Source: a virus
Taxonomy: Duplodnaviria > Caudoviricetes
Direction: 5' to 3' (one strand)
Length of the DNA: 39,511 nt
Virus record (IMG/VR): IMGVR_UViG_3300012952_000039
Span: 1 to 39,511 of that record
The translations under genes and the position numbers were made by a program. Below the pieces are notes generated by a model. The model was given only the letters and a program-made list of their open reading frames with translations. It was not told the origin of the DNA and did no database searches. Shown piece after piece: positions 1 through 9,755 of this stretch. Within the stretch, counting starts at the first letter, position 1. Each line of letters opens with the position of its first letter.

Positions 1-2
1 AA

Positions 3-479
3 AACAACAGAGTTGACTCTCTGATGCAGTTGTTGGAAGAAACAGAGGGCAAAGTTATTATTTGGGCAAATTATAGAGAAGACATAAAAAATATAGTACA
101 ATCTTTAAAAAAAGCTTACGGAGATGCGTCTACAGTCGAATATCACGGTGGGGTGGACTCTACCCTCCGCCAAGAGAACATTGCTCTATTTCAAGAGAAA
201 AACGGCCCTACACGCTATTTTGTAGGAAACGCTCAGACTGGAGGGTATGGAATTACCCTGACTGCTGCTAATACGGTAGTATATTACTCTAACAACTATG
301 ACCTTGAAAAAAGACTACAGTCGGAAGATAGAGCACACCGTATCGGCCAGACTGGCAGTGTTACCTATGTTGACTTTGTGGCTGAGAATACGATAGACGA
401 TAAAATAGTTAAGGCACTAAGGAGTAAAATAAATATTGCTAATGAAATTATGGGCGAGGATATTAAGGACTGGATCTAA
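3..479 (+). CDS. SNF2/DEXH-family helicase, C-terminal domain (5'-truncated by window edge)
   Basis: Frame is open to the window start (NNRVDSL before the Met at 24). Helicase C motifs: KVIIWA, TGGYGITLTAANTVVYY, QSEDRAHRIGQ. Confidence 0.92.
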   Translation, partial: NNRVDSLMQLLEETEGKVIIWANYREDIKNIVQSLKKAYGDASTVEYHGGVDSTLRQENIALFQEKNGPTRYFVGNAQTGGYGITLTAANTVVYYSNNYDLEKRLQSEDRAHRIGQTGSVTYVDFVAENTIDDKIVKALRSKINIANEIMGEDIKDWI

Positions 480-937
480 AGGAGTATCTGTTCGTATTTC
501 GTCCGTCCTTCTACTTTGCTTGCTCTTAACACCTGTTTTCTTGGCTCTCCCGTCACCGCTGAACAGTGCACCCATCCAGAATTTGGATCTCCTTCATCAT
601 AAAATTCCAGAATTAACTGGTCAAACTCTGTATTTTTACTAATCCAAGTTGCAAGCTCCTTATTGTCAACTCCTGCTATTTCGAAATCTGCTGCCTCACC
701 CCTGGCATGCTGTGACTTAGTCGAAGATCCGATAGCTTCGCACAGCTCTGGGCTACGATAGCCTGAAGATATCATGACCGACTTACCGAAGTGATCTCTC
801 ACTGGTTGTAGGACGGACTCCGCTAGGTGAATAAGGCTTTCTACATGCGCTGTTGATGGTTCATTTTTAATCCCTTTGCGCGTTGCAGTTTGAGATTTAG
901 TCATCTCTGATAGTGAAAAGTTTGCTGATAGTTTCAT
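476..937 (-). CDS. Peptidase M15A-family Zn metallopeptidase, probable endolysin
   Basis: SGYRS, SQHARGEAAD and WVHCS motifs. Start moved to MKLSANFSLSEM (ATG at 937), which overlaps the upstream TGA (ATGA) and has a GGGG SD. Confidence 0.9.
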   Translation of the reverse strand: MKLSANFSLSEMTKSQTATRKGIKNEPSTAHVESLIHLAESVLQPVRDHFGKSVMISSGYRSPELCEAIGSSTKSQHARGEAADFEIAGVDNKELATWISKNTEFDQLILEFYDEGDPNSGWVHCSAVTGEPRKQVLRASKVEGRTKYEQILL

Positions 938-1194
938 ATCATCCCCAATAAAGTTTCTATTACAATTAAACCAACGGCGCCCACCGTAGTTAAAACTACC
1001 CAATAGATTTTGTCTATTTTGCCCCCCAAAGCTTCTACGTCTAAGTGCACGTGTGAAATTTTTTCATCTAAATGTTTTAGATGGTTTGTTTTAATAACTT
1101 CTATTTCACGCTCTACACCCTTCACATGTCCATACAAAGAGATAACATGCTCTCGATCAGATTCTGGTATTATGCCTTGAACGGTATCGTTCAT
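934..1194 (-). CDS. Small coiled-coil protein with C-terminal TM helix (lysis-associated?)
   Basis: Heptad-like N-terminal part, then hydrophobic IYWVVLTTVGAVGLIVIETLLGMI; translationally coupled to the endolysin. Confidence 0.6.
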   Translation of the reverse strand: MNDTVQGIIPESDREHVISLYGHVKGVEREIEVIKTNHLKHLDEKISHVHLDVEALGGKIDKIYWVVLTTVGAVGLIVIETLLGMI

Positions 1195-4100
1195 GCCATC
1201 CCCCTACTTCTTTGTTGAATAAGTTTTTCTGATGGCGATAATAAAGCATCTTCATTTGGAGTCAATCCTGTTTGTGGATTGACGTTTTGCATACTAGCCG
1301 TTCTTATAGTAGACGCATCTGGAACCGGTGTGCTTTCTAAAGGAGGTACTTGTGGTTCAACAGGAGCTTTACCTATTAAACTTTCAAACCCAGTTGCAGG
1401 AGCTTTAGGTGGTGGTGCCATCTGATCTCTTTCTGGGTCTAATAGATCTTTAAATTCAATTCTTCTCATCTCTCTTATAACTTTTCTAAGTTCATAGAAA
1501 GGTTTTAAATCTCGTTTGTTTATTATAATACCGTTTCTTTTATATTCCTTATAAAGTTCGTCAGCTCTTTGTTCTAATCCTGATTCTGAGAAAGAAACAG
1601 GTGTAAATTTACCATCTAGTAGGTTGTCTAAGTTTGGTACATTACGACCGTCTGGTCCTAGAACTTTTATAATTTGTTTTTCTGTTAACAAACCACTACT
1701 TAATGATTGGTTAAACATTTTCCACACTTCAAACTGTGCTTGTAAAGCTTCTTGTTGTATGTCTCTAAACTCAGCAGCCATAACTTTTGGTCCACGTTCC
1801 AATGCATTTTCTTTACTAAAGAAATGTTCTGTCTTATATGCATCAGATCTTATTTCTCTTATGTCAAGAGCTTTATAGTCAAGTGCGTTAACAGGATCTA
1901 CATTCATAACAGAACCACCTAACAGTCTAAGTAATACATCGCCTAGTTCCATTACTCTACCGCCTTTAGTATCTAAACTTAATGCACCCATAACTTGACC
2001 GGCACTTCTAATAAAACCTGGAGCAATTGTTTCTAAAATATGGTTGAAGCTTTTTGAAACTTTTTCACCAAAGTCATCTGACTTACTAAATATTAATTTA
2101 CCATCACGTGCTCTACCTTGTCTTGCCCATATATCAAACATAGGTTCAAGAGCAATAGTTTCTGTTGTAAACGGTTCAATCAGAGCCATAAGTGGACCAG
2201 CTGCATCAAAGATTCTATTATATACTTCACCGTCTATGTCTTTTATTAATCTTGGTTGATTTACTTCTCTAATAAATCCTTTAACAGGATCAGTAACATA
2301 AGCGTACGGGTTATAAGTAGATAAATCAAAAGCTTTAAATATGCCTGTCTTAGGATCTTGATTAGTTATAGGAACTAACATGTGATCTTGCATAAACCCC
2401 GGTCCAAGATCCCCTAAATAAACATCCACCATAGCCGGTGTTACGTCTGTTAGTGTATGACCTGTTGCTTTTATAGCTTCGTTAGCACCATACAAAGTGG
2501 TAAACTGTCCGAACAATGATCTATAACCCATTGCCTGTAGTCCTGGATTACCAGACGCAATGTGTTTTAAAGATGTAGATAGTGTAGTAGCACTAGTTCT
2601 TAACATTTCAGCAGGGAAAGATATAAAGTTACCAAGAGGTAGTTTTCTTAACGCCTGTACTACCGGTGGAACACGACTATATGTAGGATAAGTATCTCTA
2701 ACTAAATGAGCTGCCATCTCTTCTATTCCTTCAGCAACTGTTTTGTTTATTCCTGTTTTAGGACTTAGTTCAATAAAATCTCTACCAATAATATCTTTAA
2801 AATATTTCTTTACATCAGCTATGTTTTTTGTGAACTGAGAAAGTTCTGACATGTAAAACTCGTGACCATACATTTTCCAAACGTTATCACCACCCGCATA
2901 GGTTCTTTGAACATATTGACTTAGTTCGGTGTTACCTATTTTTTGCAACATCTGGTTAAATCCACTGATAATAGGTTCACCTGTCGCTGTTCTTGTTCCT
3001 TTTAGATCTGCTAAGATTCCTGCTAACTCATTAGCCACAACGTTCTCATCAATAACACCAAGTTCAACTTTTCTTTCAATGTATTTTATTAGCTTATTTC
3101 TATCTACGTTTGGCCCTGCACCAAAGACATCATCTAACACCATTTTAAATGCTTGTGGTACACTTGCACTACCACCTATATGGCCTACGTTCATAGCAAA
3201 TAAACTAGCTGATCCAAAGTTACGCATTTGTGTAGCTGGTGAGTAAAGTGTTTTACCTCCTTGAACCATAGCTTTAAATGCTAGTATGTTTTGGTATATT
3301 TTATATTTAAGTGCACTATCAAAAATACTGTAGCCACCTAATTGTCTAATAAGTTCTGGAGTACCAAACATACCAATAGCATCATTAGGTAAGAAACCTT
3401 GAGTTTTAATATCGTCTAGTCTAGCAGGATTTAATATCTTACCTTTACCCAAAGCTTCTTCAGCACTTCTAAATAACCAACCACCTTCTAAACCCATTTT
3501 TGCAATTTCATCTAATGCTATTTTTTGTTGTGTGCTGGCTATCATGTTTCCTGTTGTTTGTAATAAAGAAGATTTTAAATTCTTTTCTTCACCCAGTAAT
3601 TTTCTAAGAGCAGCTGGAACTTCTTCTCCTGTTACAATTTTTAAATCATCTAGGTTTAGTTTCTTAGTTATCTTTTCTAAAGCTCTGAATGGATCATCTA
3701 GTTCATATCTAGCTGTGTGCATTATGTCAGCTACCTTTAGCTCTGCATAATCATCTATAGCTTTAGCTATAGGTTGATCTGGAAAAGCTTCTTCTGCTTG
3801 ACGGAAAAGACCCGGTTCTTTTCTAATTAAGTCTTTTATATATTCTTTTGCATTTAATACAGCTTCTCTACCTGGTTGGAAAGATGAGTTTGTAAACATA
3901 GCAAAAGACCTTCTCATATATTTATCTATGTTAGAGGTTAGTAAATATTTAATAGGATCTGTTGTTGGTAACATTTCACCAAAATCTTTTTTTAAATCGT
4001 TAGTGTATTTTTTTAATTCTTTTGCTAATTCTCTTAGTTTTGGTGGCAATGCATCTGCTTTTATTTCACCTTGCAAATAATCAAGAACATCGTCTAAATA

Positions 4101-7100
4101 TTTCTTTTGTATTGTTTGGTATTCTCCATATTTTTGGTGTCTTTCTTCAAATGCTTTAGCCATTTTGTAAGCTGTTCTTTCTATAGACCTTAAATATTTA
4201 TCTACAACTCTAGATTTTGCTTTAATAAACAAATCAGTTTGATTGCTGACACCAAAAGCATCTTTAGTTAATTTACCTATGTCTCTAAATGCTGCTAGTT
4301 TGTTATCTATTCTAGCTAAGAATTGATGTAATGGGTCTTGACTATTAACAGAAAATTTTCTCCATTCTTCAAACTTAGGTAGTTTTCTACTAAAAGTTGG
4401 ACCGTATTTAATACCAGAATAAGCCGCTTGTTTAGCATAAGCTAAGTCATATATACCTAAAGCTCCTCTAGCAAAAACTTGTTTACCTAAAAACTTAGCT
4501 GTTTCTTGTATAGTTTGAGCAGCAAACTGTCCTGTCTTTTGTATTGCTGTACCGAGCACCGGTATATTGTGAGGAGTGTATGGAATTTTACCGGCTAAAG
4601 TATCTGCTGCTATCTTTAAAGGTATACCTGCTAGTTGCAATGCACCACCAAACACTGATCTGTTAATACCTGGTATAGTTTTAAACGGTAATTTACCTGC
4701 ACCAACAGCTAGCTTCATAGCCGCAGGTCCTACTAAAGGAAATAAACCACCAATAAGAGCTCCGTCCCCCGCAAAGCGTACTCTGTTTTTAAAATTGGCT
4801 ACAGCTAATTCATCTCCTTTTAAGTCTTTAGTATCAATTGGAGTACCAGGAAGTAGTGTTGGGTCTTCAAACATCCTGTATAGACTATTGTAAGGACCTC
4901 CGGCGATGAAGTCAGTTGCGCCAAATATGGCAGCGCCTGTACCCATTCTTTTTGCGACGTTAGATACATTCATACCAAATCTGGCAGCACCTACAACATC
5001 GTCGTCAATATAACGTGTCATTGTGTTTACACCTTTAAGTCTTAAGGCTTTTTGTGCACGTGTTAATATCTTAGCAACTAAACCACCAGGAACTCCAAAC
5101 TCAACAAGTAATGCAACCATGTCACCCATAAAAGTTTCAGGATCATTCTTATCTGTTTTTTCGTACATCTCTTTTAGTTTAGATTGTAAATCTGTTTTAC
5201 CAAATGCAGCCAGATCAATTCCAGCTAAAACTAAATCCATTGTGTTGTATGTTAAATTCTTGATCCCCGTTTCTTGCGCCCTGTTTATTTCATCGATTAC
5301 ATCAATGTACGCGGCTTCTGGATCAGTCGATGGTGTTGGTCCTAATTGCACATAAGAATGTAAAAGGCCTTCTGTTTTTGGTAGATCAAGGTTTTGTTCT
5401 TTTCCTTGTCCTAAGATAGATGCAAGTATTAATGAAGGCATCATGTTCATTTTCATTTGTTGTTTAAACAATGGGTTTTGAGTTATGAGTTTTGGTAAAC
5501 TAGACCATTTAAATTTAAGAGGTTTTTTATCAACCATCTCTTCAGCTATAGCTGCTTTTACCCTGTCTATCGTGTAATCTTTCTTTTCTAATTTATATCT
5601 AATACCAGGGTCTGTTGCATTAGCAATTCTTTCTCGGTCTATTTTTTCTTGGTCACTTAAAAAAACAGACATAGCATATTTTTGTGATTCTGGAAGAGAC
5701 TCAAACATAGTTTGTTCTTTTACAGTCTCTCTTTTGTTTTCTAAGTATTTAGAAAAAACACCAAACTCTTCTTCTCCTGCATAACCACCTGGCTCATCTA
5801 CTAATCCGCGTTTCGGTTTTACTGTTCCACCATCTTTTAATGGTTGACCTTCAGGAGTTTCTTCACCTTCTATCTTACGTATTAATCTTCTATATGATTC
5901 TCTTATGTCTGCTCTACTTGGCATAACTTGTGCTTTACTTCCTGCAGCCGCCTCTATTTTTGGATCAGTTCTAAGTTGATCACTTTTTGGTTTTTTAGGA
6001 TCAAAGGGATCATATTTACCACCTGCAGATTGACCAAATATTACCAGTTTATTAGTAGTAGGATCATACATAGGTGTATAAACATTGTCAGCCAACATAG
6101 CATTGTCTGTTTGGTCTAAATTTTTCTTTATACCATCTAAAGCTGCTTTAAGTTTTTGTTCAATCGAAGCATCTTTTGAATGTGTTACACCAAATGTTGA
6201 AGCAACATCTTCTATCTGTTGTATTTGATCTGCAGACAGTTCTTCTCCGTTGTTTAAGGCTCTTCTTAAATCCATCATTTCTTCTTTTTTATCAAAGAAA
6301 AATATAATCTGATCTTCATAAGCTATGTGTCTACTGTTTTGTCCAGAAGTTAAAAGTTGAGCAGGCCTCATTACGAGTTCTTGTAGTTCAACAGGCACAC
6401 GATCGTAGTATTTTTCTCTTAAAGAATGACCTCGGATAAATATATTTGTTACTTCTTTTCTATTTATACCAAAACGATCCATTGTTTTGCTGATAACATC
6501 TTCGTATACAGCTTCATACATAGGTTCTCCGTCTTCGTATTTTTCTCTTAAATTTATTTTATCCACTCTTCTAACTTCTTTATAATCTTCTATATCTAAT
6601 ATTCCCTCTTTAACCATATTGTCTATTATCTTAGAATGGTCCAACCCTTGCCCAGGTAAAACACCAAAAGCATCTTGATGAAGTTCAGCTTTGTAAGGAA
6701 GTCGACCATGTCTTTCTACAAAAAGTTCATATCTTCTTTGTATTTTGTCTTTTATTTCGTCCCTAACAGCTTTTATATTAGACTGTTTACCTTCTGATGC
6801 TGCACCAACAAATTTATTGCCTTTCATAAATTTATCTCTAATGTATTTTTGAGCTTCTGTAGTTCCACGAGGTAACCCTGCTTCTATTCGTTCAGCATCT
6901 GTTAAATAATCACTGTATTTTTTTTGACCGTTACTTTGGTAAGCTGCAGCTGCATCTAATTCGTTTGTATAAGCAATGTCAGCAGCTGACGTTCCACCAT
7001 ATACAGGATCATTAACTGTTGGTTTCCAATCAGGGTTTATTATTCCTTGTTCTATATCTATTTTTGGTCCAATACCTCTATTATCAAACAGGTGATCCTT

Positions 7101-8435
7101 TTGACTTTTAGTTAAATCAGCCCACGTAACACCCTCACCTTTATACATTGCAGCGGCTGTATCTAGTAAAGCTGTGTCTACTTCTATTTGTTTATAGGGA
7201 CCTCCCTCTGGGTTTCTTTTCTTTAGTGTAGTAGTTGACTTACCACCGCCACCAAGTGTTGCAAAACTTGGGTTTACAACTTGACCTTCTTTAACGTTTG
7301 ACATCATAGATATGCCTTCAGCTGTTGTTTGGTTTTGTACTTTCTTCATTTCTTCTAGAATAATAGGGTTGTTTTTAAATCTTTTTGTTTCTAATCTTAT
7401 AATTTCTGCAGCTACTCTAGGATCAAAGTTAGCTCTTATAAAGCTTATATATTCATCTTGAAGAGCCAAGTATTGATCTAAGTTTGCATCTGATTTTTGT
7501 AACCAAGCTACTCGTGCATCGAATTGTTTACCCATAGAAGCTCTGTTCATTGCCCCACTTACTTTAACAATTCCTGTTTCTGCTAGTTTGTAAGGAGCTC
7601 TTATAACTGCATTAAGAGCTCCAGGGCTAGCTAAGAATACAGCTAACTCTGTATAGTCCGCACCTCTTTGTACAGGAGCCATGTATTGTGACATGTGTTC
7701 TTCGGGAACACCCATTACTTCTTGTAAATGATAGTTCATATAGTTAGTTACTTCATCTACAAGTTTAGGAACTCCAGCTAATTTGCCTTGAGAAAAAGTT
7801 TGATCTAAAAGATTCATCCAATAGTTTCCTCCTTCAGGAACATTGGTACCTAGTATTGCTTGACTAAAATCTTTTTTTGCTTGTTCATTAAAATACGTGT
7901 TTGGAATAACCATGGCTAGCCCTGTTCCAAAATCAACAATATCTTCTCCTACGTTGAGAGCACTATGTGCATAAAGTCGTGGGTCTTTAGCTCCTGCGTA
8001 CATATAATCTACCATGTCACTTGCAATAGGAGTGATTAAATTATTTACATAAGCGGCCTCTTGCATCGTTCCATAATTTAATTTTTCCGTAAGAGACATT
8101 TCATCGTATGGTTTACGAAGTCGATTTATAGCTGCTGTGTTGTCTATTAATTGCTGGTTTCTATCAAACAAACTTCCTGCTTCTTCGTAATCGTATTTGT
8201 TTTTAACAAACGCATCTACAGCGCTACCAATCTGGCTCATGTATTCGTCAGATTCAGGGTCTAAATCAAATATACCTGGTTGTGTGGTTCTAAGAAATTC
8301 ACTCCACTGCGGATCAAAACCAAAACCTAAAGCTCTGTTTAAATTTTCTTGCATGAACTCTTCAGAATAATAGTTCTCCGTGTCGTACGGATCTCTAAGG
8401 TTCATTAATCCTGATGGATGTGTTCTGTCAGGCAT
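1191..8435 (-). CDS. Giant internal virion/ejection protein (T7 gp16-like position), 2414 aa
   Basis: Very long, mostly helical-looking ORF, last of the ejection-protein block after the tail nozzle. Hydrophobic Gly/Ala segments near aa 1100-1330. Function inferred from position and size. Confidence 0.75.
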   Translation of the reverse strand: MPDRTHPSGLMNLRDPYDTENYYSEEFMQENLNRALGFGFDPQWSEFLRTTQPGIFDLDPESDEYMSQIGSAVDAFVKNKYDYEEAGSLFDRNQQLIDNTAAINRLRKPYDEMSLTEKLNYGTMQEAAYVNNLITPIASDMVDYMYAGAKDPRLYAHSALNVGEDIVDFGTGLAMVIPNTYFNEQAKKDFSQAILGTNVPEGGNYWMNLLDQTFSQGKLAGVPKLVDEVTNYMNYHLQEVMGVPEEHMSQYMAPVQRGADYTELAVFLASPGALNAVIRAPYKLAETGIVKVSGAMNRASMGKQFDARVAWLQKSDANLDQYLALQDEYISFIRANFDPRVAAEIIRLETKRFKNNPIILEEMKKVQNQTTAEGISMMSNVKEGQVVNPSFATLGGGGKSTTTLKKRNPEGGPYKQIEVDTALLDTAAAMYKGEGVTWADLTKSQKDHLFDNRGIGPKIDIEQGIINPDWKPTVNDPVYGGTSAADIAYTNELDAAAAYQSNGQKKYSDYLTDAERIEAGLPRGTTEAQKYIRDKFMKGNKFVGAASEGKQSNIKAVRDEIKDKIQRRYELFVERHGRLPYKAELHQDAFGVLPGQGLDHSKIIDNMVKEGILDIEDYKEVRRVDKINLREKYEDGEPMYEAVYEDVISKTMDRFGINRKEVTNIFIRGHSLREKYYDRVPVELQELVMRPAQLLTSGQNSRHIAYEDQIIFFFDKKEEMMDLRRALNNGEELSADQIQQIEDVASTFGVTHSKDASIEQKLKAALDGIKKNLDQTDNAMLADNVYTPMYDPTTNKLVIFGQSAGGKYDPFDPKKPKSDQLRTDPKIEAAAGSKAQVMPSRADIRESYRRLIRKIEGEETPEGQPLKDGGTVKPKRGLVDEPGGYAGEEEFGVFSKYLENKRETVKEQTMFESLPESQKYAMSVFLSDQEKIDRERIANATDPGIRYKLEKKDYTIDRVKAAIAEEMVDKKPLKFKWSSLPKLITQNPLFKQQMKMNMMPSLILASILGQGKEQNLDLPKTEGLLHSYVQLGPTPSTDPEAAYIDVIDEINRAQETGIKNLTYNTMDLVLAGIDLAAFGKTDLQSKLKEMYEKTDKNDPETFMGDMVALLVEFGVPGGLVAKILTRAQKALRLKGVNTMTRYIDDDVVGAARFGMNVSNVAKRMGTGAAIFGATDFIAGGPYNSLYRMFEDPTLLPGTPIDTKDLKGDELAVANFKNRVRFAGDGALIGGLFPLVGPAAMKLAVGAGKLPFKTIPGINRSVFGGALQLAGIPLKIAADTLAGKIPYTPHNIPVLGTAIQKTGQFAAQTIQETAKFLGKQVFARGALGIYDLAYAKQAAYSGIKYGPTFSRKLPKFEEWRKFSVNSQDPLHQFLARIDNKLAAFRDIGKLTKDAFGVSNQTDLFIKAKSRVVDKYLRSIERTAYKMAKAFEERHQKYGEYQTIQKKYLDDVLDYLQGEIKADALPPKLRELAKELKKYTNDLKKDFGEMLPTTDPIKYLLTSNIDKYMRRSFAMFTNSSFQPGREAVLNAKEYIKDLIRKEPGLFRQAEEAFPDQPIAKAIDDYAELKVADIMHTARYELDDPFRALEKITKKLNLDDLKIVTGEEVPAALRKLLGEEKNLKSSLLQTTGNMIASTQQKIALDEIAKMGLEGGWLFRSAEEALGKGKILNPARLDDIKTQGFLPNDAIGMFGTPELIRQLGGYSIFDSALKYKIYQNILAFKAMVQGGKTLYSPATQMRNFGSASLFAMNVGHIGGSASVPQAFKMVLDDVFGAGPNVDRNKLIKYIERKVELGVIDENVVANELAGILADLKGTRTATGEPIISGFNQMLQKIGNTELSQYVQRTYAGGDNVWKMYGHEFYMSELSQFTKNIADVKKYFKDIIGRDFIELSPKTGINKTVAEGIEEMAAHLVRDTYPTYSRVPPVVQALRKLPLGNFISFPAEMLRTSATTLSTSLKHIASGNPGLQAMGYRSLFGQFTTLYGANEAIKATGHTLTDVTPAMVDVYLGDLGPGFMQDHMLVPITNQDPKTGIFKAFDLSTYNPYAYVTDPVKGFIREVNQPRLIKDIDGEVYNRIFDAAGPLMALIEPFTTETIALEPMFDIWARQGRARDGKLIFSKSDDFGEKVSKSFNHILETIAPGFIRSAGQVMGALSLDTKGGRVMELGDVLLRLLGGSVMNVDPVNALDYKALDIREIRSDAYKTEHFFSKENALERGPKVMAAEFRDIQQEALQAQFEVWKMFNQSLSSGLLTEKQIIKVLGPDGRNVPNLDNLLDGKFTPVSFSESGLEQRADELYKEYKRNGIIINKRDLKPFYELRKVIREMRRIEFKDLLDPERDQMAPPPKAPATGFESLIGKAPVEPQVPPLESTPVPDASTIRTASMQNVNPQTGLTPNEDALLSPSEKLIQQRSRGMA

Positions 8436-9755
8436 TTAAGCCACCTGAGTTGGCATTTGTAAATCTGAATTATATTTCTTGTTAAATACTTGTACGTCCT
8501 GTGGTGTTTGTATTTTTGCAAAATCTACCATGGCTTCCTCACTACTCATAATAAGTTTTATAACTTGATCACTTACCTCTGCAGGTAATCTTTGTCTAAG
8601 TTCTGCAAAACTTAAATCTATGTTTTGTGATTCAGCTACAGGCATTTCATCAGAATAAGGATCATCACCTGGCTCTGGGAACTGGCCACCTTCTAGTTCT
8701 TTTTCTTTATATCTTCTCATGTATTCGTCTTCAGGTGTACCACCATAATTAAGACCAACACGACCACCGTCTTTAAGTCCTTGAGGTATATAAACATCAA
8801 CAACAATCTCAGAGAACATTTTCTTGAGCATTGCATCGTAAACTTGAGAATAAGTCATGTCGTAATATGGACTATTTGGATCAGTTAATTCTCCAGACTC
8901 TTCAATAGCTCCTGCTAAATCTTCAACAGCAGTTAAGAAATCTTTATCTCTTAGTAGTGTAGCTTTTTCTGTAGATGCTGCTCTAGTAGATTCACCATAC
9001 AATCCATTTAATAATTTATTTTTTAAGTTTTTATATTCTTCAGAATCTTCATCTAAGTTTGCCATTTCCTCAATTATTTTTTGGCCTTCTTCTAGTATGT
9101 ACTGAACTTCAAAATCGTATGGTTTTAATTTTGCTTCTTCTTTTAAAAGATTTACGGCATTATCGTATTCTGTTTGTAGTTTGTCGTTTTCAAATGTTAC
9201 TGTTTTTTCAAATAAATCTAATTCAAATTGTTGTGCATCATCTTGTAATTCCGACTGTGCTTGTTGTGTATCATCTTGCATGAATCTTTCTCTTGCAAAC
9301 GCCATCTTATCGCTTTCTGATTGTATTGCAGCACTAGCCATAGCAGAATCATATACACCTTTTCTATTTAGATAATCACTTCTTCTTGCATCACTTGCAG
9401 TTGCTAAGTCCACACCTAAGCTACTTAATGCTGGAGAAGCTGATTGCAATGCACCAAGTGCTCCACTTCTTCCTGAAGGAGGTGCTCCCATTATCTCTGC
9501 ACCTGCCGCTGCAATTCTTAAATAATCACTTTGTGTTAACCCTGAAGGTTTAACAGGTTCTTGCATATAACTGGCCAGTATATCTGCGTAGTTGCTTTGC
9601 TCTGGTGGTTCTTCTCCTGCATAACCTCCTGGTCCATCCACCAAACCTCTTTTAGGTACAGTACCACCGTGTTTAAAACCAGCTACTATACCGGTGTCAG
9701 GGTTTGTTACATTACCACCCCGTCTAAACATAGGTCTGTGTAATACTCTAGCCAC
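8436..9755 (-). CDS. Putative internal virion/ejection protein, 439 aa (GTG start)
   Basis: Acidic coiled-coil with an Ala/Gly-rich segment, located in the ejection block; carries xxGG motifs. Confidence 0.65.
   Translation of the reverse strand: MARVLHRPMFRRGGNVTNPDTGIVAGFKHGGTVPKRGLVDGPGGYAGEEPPEQSNYADILASYMQEPVKPSGLTQSDYLRIAAAGAEIMGAPPSGRSGALGALQSASPALSSLGVDLATASDARRSDYLNRKGVYDSAMASAAIQSESDKMAFARERFMQDDTQQAQSELQDDAQQFELDLFEKTVTFENDKLQTEYDNAVNLLKEEAKLKPYDFEVQYILEEGQKIIEEMANLDEDSEEYKNLKNKLLNGLYGESTRAASTEKATLLRDKDFLTAVEDLAGAIEESGELTDPNSPYYDMTYSQVYDAMLKKMFSEIVVDVYIPQGLKDGGRVGLNYGGTPEDEYMRRYKEKELEGGQFPEPGDDPYSDEMPVAESQNIDLSFAELRQRLPAEVSDQVIKLIMSSEEAMVDFAKIQTPQDVQVFNKKYNSDLQMPTQVA

Noticed and set aside
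938-1003. N-terminal extension of the endolysin in the track (likewise starts at 12894 and 15156)
   Set aside because: Downstream ATGs coupled to upstream stop codons fit better and avoid long overlaps.
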